Origin: a virus
Taxonomy: Duplodnaviria; Caudoviricetes
IMG/VR virus record: IMGVR_UViG_3300032040_000005
Location: 1-64,000 of that record
Strand: one strand, 5' to 3'
DNA: 64,000 nt
The number at the start of each line of letters is the position of its first letter. The first letter of the stretch is position 1. The notes below the pieces were generated by a model. That model was given only the letters and a program-made list of their open reading frames with translations, had not been told where the DNA came from and did no database searches. Position numbers and translations under genes: made by a program. Positions 9,601 through 17,495 of the stretch are shown here, piece after piece.

Positions 9601-11736
9601 TAAATCAGGGTTGGCCATAGCGAGGTTGATGGTTTTCTTGGCGGCTTCTGTTCTGGCAACTGGATCAGCCTCAACGTCTTGTGTCTGCGACACCAACGTT
9701 TCGACCGATTCCAGTTTCCCGGTCTCGGCGGTGGCTTGTGTTTGGGTTTCACTGATCCGAGTGCGTAACCGTGTCAGCTCTGCAACGTGTGTTTTCTGCT
9801 TCTTGCGTGTGGCAGCCGGTACTTTCTCAATGAGATTAAGTTCGTCTACATATAGGGATACAGCGGCTTCTGCTTTTGTCTGTGCTGCGGTGTCACCGTC
9901 CCTTTTGGCTTTGGATACTTGACCACGGCTACGTGCCAACTGTGCTTTGAGTGCAGTAATGGACTCAGGAGATGTTTCTTTTATCCGTGTATTCAGTTCC
10001 GTGATCTCACTGTCCAGACGCTCATCCAGACGATCCAATGCTTTACGACTGTTCTCCTGGATCTCCGGTGTGTCTGTTTTACCAGCAGCAGACACAATCA
10101 GAGCCTCGCCCACTTTACCCAGGTCACCTTTGAACTCTGGGTCCAGTAACGTATCGATGTCGCCGCTGGTGACCAGTTCTTCTACAGCATCGCGGGCTTC
10201 TTTTGTGCTGGACGCTTCTACACGTGCATCCTGTGCACGTTTCGCTCGACGGGCAACAGGGTCACCCCGCAATTCACCGGCGATAGCCAACGACTTACCA
10301 ATGCCGCCACCAATCATGGAGGCTTCAAAGATATTGGCACCGTCTACATCGGTACGCAGATCCGAGTACGTTTCTTCTACGGCTGTTTGAAACCCTTCTG
10401 TTGCGCCTTCGCCAACCGTCTTACCGGCAACCTTGCCTGTTTTCTTAACCAAGCCACGTGCCAGCCTAGACGCGATGCCTTTCTTAACGACATCCACAGC
10501 CGTATCCGCTGCTGTGCTGCTACCAACGAACCCACGCAGGAACGAAGCGTCCATCATGTGTTCGGCAGCAGCCGCCGTCATGCTGATAGCAAAGACTTTC
10601 TGACCGTCTGCTTTACTGAACACAGCACCGTCATTCTCATCTCGATACCGTTGCAATGCTTCACGGTAAATGTCTACACCGTAACCAATGTTGCTTGCTG
10701 CCATTAACGGCCTAGCAACCGCACCCAGGGCCAGGTCTACAGAGGACTCACTCAGGTACTCAGCCAAAGCCGCAGGGTTATTCCATACATCGCCAGCACC
10801 TTCAAACGTGAGCTTAGCGATGCCTTCAGCACCTTTAAGAAGGGCCGTTGTCATATCCCCTGCTTCATAAGCTTTATCCGCTTCATCAAACACAGCCGAG
10901 TGCTTGGCAAAGGTTGCTTCAAAATCAGCACTCATGGCTTGCTTGTTTAACGGGTTAACCAAACCATCAATGAACTCGTTCTCATTAAAGAACTCATCAA
11001 AGTCACCGGCCTTGTCAAAATTACTCAAGGCATCCCGCATCAGTGCACGGTTAGAGTTGCCGGTACGGCTACGCGCTGCCGTGGACAATTGAGTACCGTC
11101 AGCATCCAGCTTGGCATTCTGTTCATCGTTCAGAGGAACCAGGGAAGACTCTGCTTTATCAAACGCGGCCATACGCTCAGTCAGGTCATCTTCATTAAGC
11201 TCACCACGCAGGTTATCCGCTAACGCACTGGTACGGGCTTTCTGGATCGACGCCTTTTGCATGTTGTAACGCATGTCATTGGCGTAGAGTTCCCGTGCCT
11301 CGTCATCGACACGGTTCATCTTGTTCTGGCCTGATAGCGTCAGGGGCATACCCACGAAGTTGCCAGCAGCTCGTGCACCACTAACAGCGACACCGCCTGT
11401 CAATTGCTTGGCTTGGCCACTAAACGATCCCAGCTCAGCATCTGTCGCCCACGACTTCTCTTCGCGTACTTCCTGCTCAGCGAGGTAATCATTAGCAGAC
11501 TCCTGGCGTTTACCCAGGGAACGGTTATTAGATTCAAGCAAGTCACGGGCGGTGATACGCTCACCCGCTGCTATTTTTTCACTAGGGGATTTATACAATT
11601 GCTCCGCTGTTTGTCGTACACCGTTACCACCCATTAAGGCACGTTTGGCTTCTGCTCTCTCAGCAACTTTACGTTGCTTCTGCTCTGCCAGGTCTGGTGC
11701 TTCAAACCCGTTCAACATGCTTGGTCGGTTAGGCAT
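640..11736 (-). CDS. virion-encapsidated RNA polymerase (N4 gp50-like vRNAP)
   Basis: 3698 aa; T7-like motifs A (DGVTNG), B (RNAVKPLLTKLMFG) and C (NVHDA); no cysteine found on reading, as in N4 vRNAP; heads the virion gene block. Confidence 0.97.
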   Translation of the reverse strand: MPNRPSMLNGFEAPDLAEQKQRKVAERAEAKRALMGGNGVRQTAEQLYKSPSEKIAAGERITARDLLESNNRSLGKRQESANDYLAEQEVREEKSWATDAELGSFSGQAKQLTGGVAVSGARAAGNFVGMPLTLSGQNKMNRVDDEARELYANDMRYNMQKASIQKARTSALADNLRGELNEDDLTERMAAFDKAESSLVPLNDEQNAKLDADGTQLSTAARSRTGNSNRALMRDALSNFDKAGDFDEFFNENEFIDGLVNPLNKQAMSADFEATFAKHSAVFDEADKAYEAGDMTTALLKGAEGIAKLTFEGAGDVWNNPAALAEYLSESSVDLALGAVARPLMAASNIGYGVDIYREALQRYRDENDGAVFSKADGQKVFAISMTAAAAEHMMDASFLRGFVGSSTAADTAVDVVKKGIASRLARGLVKKTGKVAGKTVGEGATEGFQTAVEETYSDLRTDVDGANIFEASMIGGGIGKSLAIAGELRGDPVARRAKRAQDARVEASSTKEARDAVEELVTSGDIDTLLDPEFKGDLGKVGEALIVSAAGKTDTPEIQENSRKALDRLDERLDSEITELNTRIKETSPESITALKAQLARSRGQVSKAKRDGDTAAQTKAEAAVSLYVDELNLIEKVPAATRKKQKTHVAELTRLRTRISETQTQATAETGKLESVETLVSQTQDVEADPVARTEAAKKTINLAMANPDLLDQESAAKMADDTELSLSADERQYLRALSGRKQAFDEVKTLTDVNKDIFTNNPSAGFKSIPQYQSSIGRAIQEGNTARVDQQLAQLKNFAQSHTAKSKLAEEMLAQAVPGKKQAQIISTDREGAGSVWELNTGKKLSDAQMAENGGMNINTGSTGLVNAVTKEAAYIEQALGELQAASRISQTNAPVANDPAPEATQEADTPTDTVEAEPVAETVNETDPTQETDSRTEEDATQAEPTEAEPETNQPVDTETAPEPTGDPEVRDGDNALAQPVEETDAGRTSDTRNDAPESVEVEARKEQDAKTSVLRRDTAPTTEKVDGFMTYDELNTKNLAQAYFTTEKGLVLTANEDYLTNVLMPGVDNPQTLGVELSTDETVEAKQRAALRHFAEYANKWNKSMDGLLKPGSKNYKYRNLLNAYMDENGNLEENVRTAVSAAVYTWISENGNDLWFNNGDDALRTIFAMESHERVGVEHQALVGDAGTRDKYVINDIGKRVTAALGQRLNDTAPGNYAGQLDGAFGALALIVMIEQKLVQRVAKRSTLFGLKADAKGDLPIQWFVRSNRVQETVDGPWQTNPMVESFVETNRGSKDVVSKLFEIEPTQTGPVDEAPTKVMKTTRRTKQPVPKEQEAILKEAQKQEHFLRTDMLDPVEGILHKFSRNFMKQMAGGVTFDPATTQDQLVPGLRGKDEAASRDVDNLFNFSNEKMNNMEAPFFFDRSVWRNQRVGLLSSLYNPQSSKLHRFTFTMKDWAYDVPADLSGKAGADFKLSVLEGLGVKTDKQLNASSLDQWENHVNDPETVAAVKVVQGMLSGGAIKDAAQENQLLSVAKNMHGLDTLVHLAHWKNAQALGNDSFESNLIREGDGVTNGPMFVQIQLGTVDDAMGARGGFFNAEQGFKSTAAYLQAGNHDMYMYTAHKLATKMDIVGAADPDVKAFNALVYRLHGDIKNTDDSVTGDGRNAVKPLLTKLMFGAGSTKSVTNMGHDTVDLVYEELNQMMELYGNTPELSAAAGKLFNEINKFLSAANKLPTKSNFATVKAFKFSDNARTQLINTFTELVGTHINETVDEQYGTTIERRNSFNGSAQMSFKLYEIARNFERRKIMKESVAKGEVAIYKATGEVLQDLLKAHEKELDKRMSEMSPVVHTAMSKGGDKQAGLKMAKQRQDLADGSKWRYTGVVNLKRPVTLAPGKINDGMTLKGVNNDPNKKTTIDYRSSESKEVDPGVSPVIMLIHAMDSAIISRVYKAVNMLNVHDAVIRTPAGLQEAMASMNQETLNAMLSWSLPEEIMQTMYRTLDEFQQKLPEMQKDPEFRVEHEKLLAGLDKSPTLMAEEYLAVAEQAERDTMEWMQTISIINQYGYEGGHYTVTDADRVLMTERQSTTIRERVNTRLNKDIAQSNVARVAEASRVLQENLEQAYRDQVESGKGLSKAQKRELENMRQVNKIFMETGSLERALGTVYKGEAYKAARNTKRAEIHARLTNQDQRIKDVEKAPVGRVLDMIAAITESTKLDDGMKTDLGNVAESVEMHWKVAQTSGTGMNTVLQDAVKQVTQDTKQQAAIMGLLNTLYNGRQVTPWGVLGTPVSDSDAVLVKALRAQPVMTVKELLPVLRTALKSRTLSNNDRAVAQVLGQLSKRLDESVVVELVEQSTRVSLAPEMGNPGGVRGVTQIGDTTRVFLKGPDFVESNLTVELVAHELLHVLLANTLQAERAAQAANPKHRSNITGMVNELETLRSKAADLVKTDSALQARFGDAVTSVDELISWGLTNEGFQREVLGKIQMTSRTKKNALIVGMEAFINTIRNIVFQGVPTTEQQNNGITVLINNASGVIAATKPKQKAAYETVLAQQTPDILDTVSNYTTREIYEGLDGDTSPRLQRVMDVIVDKLHGPYGATKLELDRTSGISAEDAYLNALVTDTNPFSSKTAATNLDLSDKEAFVLEQVEASLREILDPTTSAYKDLVRVFKSTREQMSWESFIDGELVDATPTQVSQAKAKYDFIFKLEQSSGETRSNHLSRFAAMAMAYPGLADKMDFNVSADNRAASSKMGDQLQSWYRKAVQQFADTVNGTAQGQTGQQRMTRLVTSLVDIESRKRRTLARKNIGLLDQIEEASAANGGVVRRQLGNLAGRPALANSNSSIIRASSRVTRLIADDKFTVLLDTWEDYRADAFGKQQGFLAKMVDEVRGPKEGTQEMHDFLSQTGKHEQERKHRIDNSKKQLLGLLGEMTKAESEGITKSVLKTDLVSLSTRLGYEGMTDLMANKDAQATLRKDLEAELNQVGKEAAYYKNMAQALGYHMAVGHQTKGLLLNVHNIVRKVGMPDAMTVPEATMEQATPILEMLTSLYALQHTPMTQQESTKEIMQRNNGEGMRFVIQNHRVLKEQALDVLFQGSPALMQKGYTKEIYDPYREVVTANEKQGAQLVKAGYSKGKALTRDPADTNQEVRHLYVLKEGGLGKYVTGVMSFSGKRSKGTTIHNGVSVVTDEGVVQSRKRMTDKVTANMKNMQDLEKPGFNDDLGTTAKDGALVAVVNPNGEIVNYRYLMTEQNKDDILKRDSRVEDVMGAMEGAVYDKPTSETQNNLVVKALKDQFDVEYSIRPGIYVDFSADSMDAGIREKYALLPEATRRTILKTWGRNGMMVRNDLLDLTFGYRKFSMADTFDLAEKERNILEHVVYHLGTKILGDKAVSKIHAGEDVWQSLVKELKDIYVIKNLWTLVGNIMSNVTLLLWYGVPMKDLIRNHKVAIDGLLSYQTDSDSLLELTRLKEASGRTDLDQQILELEYALENNPVKTLIDGGQFQTIMEDIDTEDNMFSYKSRLVNWADNKTAKVPNAVKTVAKTAYMAHDTPLYKILFRSTQMSDFVGRYTLYEHLTKNANTKKSEVDAMRIIKAAFINYDVPTSKALQYLNDTGLVLFSKYYLRIQRVLLELYQEHPARAILLAILGGFMTGLTTIQDSSMFGRVGNNPFETGALDLPGALDETLVMQGALSPFN

Positions 11737-11739
11737 AAC

Positions 11740-13260
11740 TTAGTTTTTCCCTTTACGTAATTGCTCATTTAATTTCTTTTGATTATCACGTGCATCAATA
11801 ACAGTTTGGCGGCGTAGCTTATTCAGTTCGTTCTTCCTAACTGTATTACCCTTCTGAGCAGTAAACAATTGCAGTTGTCTTGCTTCAGCATTCAACCAGT
11901 TTAAATACTCTCGCTGATAACCGCGCTTGAGGGCCGTAACATCTAAGTCTTTATCTTCATCACTGAACCATTCATTAGTAACACTTGAGTTAACGGCACG
12001 TTGTCCTATAAGTCCCCAAGGCACTTCTAAACCATTAACAGATGGATTATTTTCATTAAGCTTACTTAAATCGTCAGTAAATGCAACTGAACCGTTATCT
12101 GCTTCAAGCACATTAGAACGGCCCGTCCTACGAGGCGCACTCGCTTTAACAGAGCCATCTACCAATCCAGAAATAAACTCTTTAGCGTCACCCATCTTTT
12201 CAGCAATGTTTACATCGTCTGTCATATCAACAGCTTGTTTAATAGCATCGCTTTCTGTAGTACGATTTTCATCCGTCCAAGCCATGTACTCAGGTGTTTG
12301 TATGGCTCGTTCTACTTCTGCCATATCCGCATCTAACTTAGCTACTTCAACTTGGTATGTTTCATCTGCTTGTACCTGTACATTCTCTACTACTGCCTCT
12401 TGTCCTGGTAGTAAACCAAAGCGACTTGCATATCCAGGGGCAGCATTAGCCGTTAGGTCACGTCGTTGTGTTGGTGATAGCAATGCACCACGAGGATCAG
12501 TGCCTAAGAAATTTGTTGTTCCTGCGCGAGCTTCAGATGCTGAACCCCATTCTGATCCCATTTCATCTAAGTCTGCTGTTAGACTTTCATAAGCGTTTTC
12601 ACGCGTTATCTTTTTGTTCCGTTCTGTGAGCATGAACTTTCTGTCGGCACGTTCATTAGCCAACCTTTCTTGTTTATTTGCGTAGCTTTCATCAGCGCGT
12701 CTGTCACCCTTAGAGGCAGACAGTCTTGTTTCCAAATTGCTCAGCAATCTACTCTTCTCAGAGTCACTGGCAGCGGAGTCATTAATAGCCTTTTCTTCAG
12801 TCGTTCTTATACCGGCTAAGACTTTTTTAGACTGCCCCAGGTCTATGTCAGCGATCCTGCGACTGAGGGGATCAGAGATGCGTTTGTCTTCACGACCAGT
12901 CATCATCTGGTCGTAGTTATAATCATCCGTTTCACGTCCCTGTAGACCAGATACCCGATCACGTATGGCATCCACACCCACCTTGTCCTGGTCGATCATC
13001 GAACCATATTGGTCACGTTGTTGAGCCAGGTCACCCGATTGCTGTGCTGCGGCAAGTTCTTCAGAGGTGCCATACTTCTGTAGTTGTCCCAAGAAGTCCT
13101 GCGTATTACGGTCTGTGCGTCCTTTCTCCCAATCGTCCTTCGTGGCTTGTACAGTGTCCAATGCACCCGTAAAGGATTCCTGGGCCTGTCCCATCATGTC
13201 AGCAGCCCCGCTAAAGTCTGGGGCTGCTACGTTGCGCCATGTAATCGGAGATCTGGCCAT
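11740..13260 (-). CDS. virion/ejection protein (N4 gp51-like position)
   Basis: 506 aa, helical, starts MARSPITWRNVAAPDFSGA; directly upstream of vRNAP. Confidence 0.7.
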   Translation of the reverse strand: MARSPITWRNVAAPDFSGAADMMGQAQESFTGALDTVQATKDDWEKGRTDRNTQDFLGQLQKYGTSEELAAAQQSGDLAQQRDQYGSMIDQDKVGVDAIRDRVSGLQGRETDDYNYDQMMTGREDKRISDPLSRRIADIDLGQSKKVLAGIRTTEEKAINDSAASDSEKSRLLSNLETRLSASKGDRRADESYANKQERLANERADRKFMLTERNKKITRENAYESLTADLDEMGSEWGSASEARAGTTNFLGTDPRGALLSPTQRRDLTANAAPGYASRFGLLPGQEAVVENVQVQADETYQVEVAKLDADMAEVERAIQTPEYMAWTDENRTTESDAIKQAVDMTDDVNIAEKMGDAKEFISGLVDGSVKASAPRRTGRSNVLEADNGSVAFTDDLSKLNENNPSVNGLEVPWGLIGQRAVNSSVTNEWFSDEDKDLDVTALKRGYQREYLNWLNAEARQLQLFTAQKGNTVRKNELNKLRRQTVIDARDNQKKLNEQLRKGKN

Positions 13261-13261
13261 A

Positions 13262-13774
13262 TTACTTAATCCCGTTTTGCTTCATGTAGGCATTAGCCTT
13301 TTGATGCTGCCCTGGTTGTGAGGCGTTACGATTCAACTGACGGTCACGCATCTCAGCATTGGTGGTTCGCTTCTGTGCGTTATAGTTTTTATTGAACGAC
13401 TCTTTCTGGAAGTTCAATTGATCCTTCGCAGCACCCAGTTGTTTAAAACCAAAGTACGCACCCATGCCAGCTTGTACGCCGCCCAATGCAAGGTTGCCCC
13501 AACCATCTGCACCAAACATACTTGTATCTGCGGAGTCACTATTAAAATTACCTGCATCAAGTCCATCAGAGAATGAATTAATACCGTTTCCATTTGGAGA
13601 CTGAGGCGCATAACCGAAGTTGGGATCAAGCCCACCCATAGCATCGTTGGGTTGATTATCAAACCCGCCCATTGCCCACTGGTTATTCATTTTTGGTGCC
13701 GACATCCCAGACTTAAAGTTAAGCGGCGAGTTAAAACCAAACTTATTCGTACTATACATATAGCGTATCCCCAA
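13262..13774 (-). CDS. small virion/ejection protein (N4 gp52-like)
   Basis: 170 aa, Gly-rich segment LGGVQAGMGAYFGFKQ then coiled coil; synteny. Confidence 0.7.
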   Translation of the reverse strand: MGIRYMYSTNKFGFNSPLNFKSGMSAPKMNNQWAMGGFDNQPNDAMGGLDPNFGYAPQSPNGNGINSFSDGLDAGNFNSDSADTSMFGADGWGNLALGGVQAGMGAYFGFKQLGAAKDQLNFQKESFNKNYNAQKRTTNAEMRDRQLNRNASQPGQHQKANAYMKQNGIK

Positions 13775-16049
13775 CCGAGTCGTTAAACGTCGGTAGTTGT
13801 GTGTTTATATCAACATACGATTCTATATAATCATACTGCACTATGCCTATATTTCCTGAGTGTACCGTTCTGTTGTAAAGAGCATCGGGTGTTTCTCCTG
13901 CAATATTCATTGGCTCCTGTCTTATAAATGATCTTGGGTCCAGCAACGGGTATTGATTTAACAGGTCGTTTACTTCCTCCAACTCTTTGAACTTCTCTTC
14001 TGCCAGTAGATTGAACTCTTGAGACTCTGCTTTGTAATCCATTAAAACGTCATGAGCGGCGGATGCTTCTGCGGCTTGTAAGTTGGATGCTACAAACATC
14101 GCCTTACTCCAATCACCCCCTGTCGCCATTTGGTAAACAGCCACTACTACAGCCACTATAGACGCGATGAACGTGCCCTCTAATCCGAGTTCTTTGATAA
14201 CAACTTCAAATCCTTTCTGTAGCACCATTCCAATGAGGTAACTGGTAATTAGGTTTGTGGCTACGATGAGTGCAACAGTCCCTATGGCAGCAGCGGTTGC
14301 AGCAGCCCCTGTTGCAACCGCCACATCCGCCATGGCCAGTGACAATGGTGTACCCGCGCCTGCAGTAAAAACCATAATCGCTATGGCTACAATCGCGATA
14401 ACAACAGTCAGTACACCCGTCTGATACCACTTCGTCCGTGTAACTGTTTTGGCATTAAATACAAAGTGCAGCGAACGGTAGTACAACTCTTCTTTCATAT
14501 CGAAACGCATGGTCTGACAGATTTCGTAATCCAGTGGAATCAATATCTTGCCACTACTGATTTCACCAAGGACGACCTTACCTTCTGCCACGGCATGTAC
14601 CATCTTCAAGCCATCCACTACGTATTCGTAATACAATCCAGGTGTTACTTGGAACTGGTACGCCAGAACAGATGCTTCGTAATAAACAACAACAGTCTCG
14701 TAAGTGTCAGGGTCTTCAAAGGTTTCACCAGGTATCCTACGAGTGACTGTATTTGACTTCGTGATTGATCGGTCCACTTGTTTGTATGTACCAACTTCAC
14801 CGATGCTTCCTACGGTGTTGTTACGGTACATTCGTGAGTAACTTAACGTAGCACTGAAATCAGAATCCTGGATCACCAACGCACGGCCTTCACTCACAGC
14901 GTCCTGGCCAAAGTTGTTGCTTGCGTTACCAAAGACAGAGTGCGGGCTTTCTCTGTAGAGCCAGTCGAAGAACTTGTACAGGTATTCAGCTTCCGCAGGG
15001 TTGTCTGTTTGAGGCGGCACACCCATCATCATCACAGCCTGCTCTATCTTGTCGGCCTCTGGGTTTTCATTAATCGCATCACCCATAGTCTGATAATCCA
15101 TGTTGATGTCGTTCATCAACTGAACCGATGTTTTGTACGCTTCTGTGCCCCACTGACTTTCCGCCGTCATGTTCTTGCTTCCAGACCGGAAGAAGAAGAT
15201 GGGGAAAAACGAACCCGATCCCACAGGGGTTGCGGTGTAAACGAGATCCAGTAACGGGTACTCGCGTGAGCCGTCTTTATAGGTGAAGTACCCTCGCTTA
15301 TAGACACCGCCCTCAACGTACTGGTACTTCATTTGGAAGTAGTCGGTCCCGTCATCCAGGCCGTCAAAATCCATGAAGAGTTCTGTCTCCGTACCGTTCG
15401 CATCCACCAGGTACACCGTGGCACCGTCATTGATGTTTTCACCGATGAGCCAGTTGGGTTCAGGGCTACCCTGCCGATTCGGCATGTATCTGTCGTGTGG
15501 GTGCCTGCCCCATACAGCCAGCGTAGAGGCATCCGGTATCTGCTCTTCTTCCGGCGTGCCTTCCGCACTCAGACTCGTCGTATCCACATGCCCGACGATG
15601 TTCTTTACCCATGTGGTGGCTCCTGTGGACTCCGACAGCGCCGTTACCTGATTACTGAACTCAATGTACCCATAGTCTTCTGTCAGTATCTGCCAGGCTC
15701 TGTGGATGTTGTTCAGGGGACCGTAGTGGAAGTAATCCACAGTGATGGGCAAACCTAACTGACTTTCGACCGTGTTACGCACAGCCGTCAGACCGTCATA
15801 CTCAGATTTCATATTATGGTTCGGAGTGCCATAGTAATAATCACCCCGCTTCGCTTTTGCGTAGATGTTATTTACTTTGACAATGTGACTGCTCAGCATT
15901 TTGTTCACGATGGACTCAGGCACCGGAACATTCTCAAAGATGGAATCCACAAGGGCTTTCTGTTTTAGGCTGACGATGTTTTTGTCCTCAAACACCCTTA
16001 CGATTTCCGTACTCACATGCACTTTTCGTTTGCTGCTGAACCATCCCAT
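13752..16049 (-). CDS. virion structural protein (N4 gp53-like)
   Basis: 765 aa, MGWFSSKRK start, long hydrophobic segment in the C-terminal third; synteny. Confidence 0.75.
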   Translation of the reverse strand: MGWFSSKRKVHVSTEIVRVFEDKNIVSLKQKALVDSIFENVPVPESIVNKMLSSHIVKVNNIYAKAKRGDYYYGTPNHNMKSEYDGLTAVRNTVESQLGLPITVDYFHYGPLNNIHRAWQILTEDYGYIEFSNQVTALSESTGATTWVKNIVGHVDTTSLSAEGTPEEEQIPDASTLAVWGRHPHDRYMPNRQGSPEPNWLIGENINDGATVYLVDANGTETELFMDFDGLDDGTDYFQMKYQYVEGGVYKRGYFTYKDGSREYPLLDLVYTATPVGSGSFFPIFFFRSGSKNMTAESQWGTEAYKTSVQLMNDINMDYQTMGDAINENPEADKIEQAVMMMGVPPQTDNPAEAEYLYKFFDWLYRESPHSVFGNASNNFGQDAVSEGRALVIQDSDFSATLSYSRMYRNNTVGSIGEVGTYKQVDRSITKSNTVTRRIPGETFEDPDTYETVVVYYEASVLAYQFQVTPGLYYEYVVDGLKMVHAVAEGKVVLGEISSGKILIPLDYEICQTMRFDMKEELYYRSLHFVFNAKTVTRTKWYQTGVLTVVIAIVAIAIMVFTAGAGTPLSLAMADVAVATGAAATAAAIGTVALIVATNLITSYLIGMVLQKGFEVVIKELGLEGTFIASIVAVVVAVYQMATGGDWSKAMFVASNLQAAEASAAHDVLMDYKAESQEFNLLAEEKFKELEEVNDLLNQYPLLDPRSFIRQEPMNIAGETPDALYNRTVHSGNIGIVQYDYIESYVDINTQLPTFNDSVGDTLYV

Positions 16050-16066
16050 ACCCGTTCCTTCTTATG

Positions 16067-16089
16067 AAAAAAGGGGCCGAAGCCCCTTT
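16067..16089 (-). terminator. rho-independent terminator
   Basis: minus strand AGGGGC-TTCG-GCCCCT followed by T run. Confidence 0.8.
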
Positions 16090-16130
16090 AATGTTATACC
16101 TACTTATTTACATGCCTTGTCATCAAGTTC

Positions 16131-16877
16131 TTATTGAATCGGTATGGTGGCCCCGATACCTGTGAGCATCGCGTTAATCGCTGAACCAATGTGAGCATCT
16201 GTTAGTCCGGTTTCAAACGTATTCACAGTGCCTGAACTGTCCATTGTTTTCCGCACGTTCCAGGAATCAGACATCAGCTTACCAACTTTGAGTTCTGAGT
16301 CTCGCAAGTAGCCCGCAGTCTGTGCGGTGTACAGGAGCTTCTGCTTACCGATGACACTGTTATCGGCAACACCGTCGCCGGTTACCTGGGCCGACTCTGT
16401 AACCTTCTTCTGGGCCAGCAGTGCAGTCTCAGCTACGGTCTTCAGTTTCTGTTGCACGATCAGATCAAACTCAGCTTCCAGTTTGCACTTCTGTGCTGTC
16501 AGTACCGTTCCTTCGATAATGGCATTCGCAGTTTGCTCGTTGATCAAGGCTGTTTGCGCCTCAATCTGCTTACCTTGTTTAGTGGCGTTCCCCGTCTGCT
16601 CAGTAATAAGATTCTGGTTCAGGGTTTCCGTTGCAACCTGCTTGGTCAGTAGCTGTGCTTCAAGATCCGTCCGTTGCTCTGCCAACAGGAATTGCAACGA
16701 GCGATCCATGACCGCTTGTAAGGCACCGAGGTAGACCGTGGCATACTCACTACCTTTGATACGGCTCTTCTCATACTCTTTAACCAGATGGGTCTCCGTG
16801 GACCGCATGAGTTGATCGAAGACACCGTTACCACTTATTTCACCGGTGGTTAGGTCTGATACTGTAATTTCTGCCAT
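16131..16877 (-). CDS. virion structural protein (N4 gp54-like)
   Basis: 248 aa; LTTGEISGNGVFDQLM N-terminus typical of this family; synteny. Confidence 0.8.
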   Translation of the reverse strand: MAEITVSDLTTGEISGNGVFDQLMRSTETHLVKEYEKSRIKGSEYATVYLGALQAVMDRSLQFLLAEQRTDLEAQLLTKQVATETLNQNLITEQTGNATKQGKQIEAQTALINEQTANAIIEGTVLTAQKCKLEAEFDLIVQQKLKTVAETALLAQKKVTESAQVTGDGVADNSVIGKQKLLYTAQTAGYLRDSELKVGKLMSDSWNVRKTMDSSGTVNTFETGLTDAHIGSAINAMLTGIGATIPIQ

Positions 16878-16901
16878 GGTCTATCCCCATCCTTCCGTCA
16901 A

Positions 16902-17450
16902 TTAAGCTGTAGCAGTGCCTTTGGCCATGGCTTGTCGTTGAGCCAGATCAGCCAATTCTTGCTTGGTCAATGGCTCCAAGACTTCCACGCTGTACGCACG
17001 GATCAGTTTGCTCTCACGGATCTGACGGCCACGTTCGTCCTTCTTGCTGACAAACACCTGGGTCATCTTCCGTTTAATCATCTTCAAGACGATTTTGGGC
17101 ACGTGCCATTCCACATCAAACGGCACACACTCTTTAAAGGTGCCAACCACACGGTTACCGGTGCAGAAGATTTCGCTTGTGTACTCTTTCTTACTGGGGT
17201 CCATGCAGGCAATGCGTACACGCACCAGCTCGGAACACTCACGCTTCAGTTCCACGCGACTTGCTGTTACCGGCTTTTTTGCCGGTTCTTTGGAAACATC
17301 TGTCATTGCTTCGTCCACTTTGGATTGCAGATTTGCCAGGGTAATATCCTTGCGGTACTTCACTCCCATGACATCAGCCTTGTCCTTCAGTACATCCAGT
17401 TCACTCGGTAGTTCTTGCTCAAAATCTTCCATTACATTGACTCCAATCAT
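16902..17450 (-). CDS. conserved N4 gp55-like protein
   Basis: 182 aa; LVRVRIACMDPSKKE motif; lies between the gp54-like gene and MCP. Confidence 0.75.
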   Translation of the reverse strand: MIGVNVMEDFEQELPSELDVLKDKADVMGVKYRKDITLANLQSKVDEAMTDVSKEPAKKPVTASRVELKRECSELVRVRIACMDPSKKEYTSEIFCTGNRVVGTFKECVPFDVEWHVPKIVLKMIKRKMTQVFVSKKDERGRQIRESKLIRAYSVEVLEPLTKQELADLAQRQAMAKGTATA

Positions 17451-17463
17451 TCAAGAGTTAGTT

Positions 17464-17489
17464 GGGTGAAGGGCGTTAACCCCTCACCC
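17464..17489 (-). terminator. hairpin downstream of major capsid gene
   Basis: GGGTGAAGGG-CGTTAA-CCCCTCACCC. Confidence 0.55.
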
Positions 17490-17495
17490 GTTACA

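Noticed and set aside
644-11743. Many + strand ORFs (up to 277 aa) overlapping vRNAP, and similar shadow ORFs over other long genes
   Set aside because: Antisense frames of strongly coding genes; no RBS or recognisable motifs.
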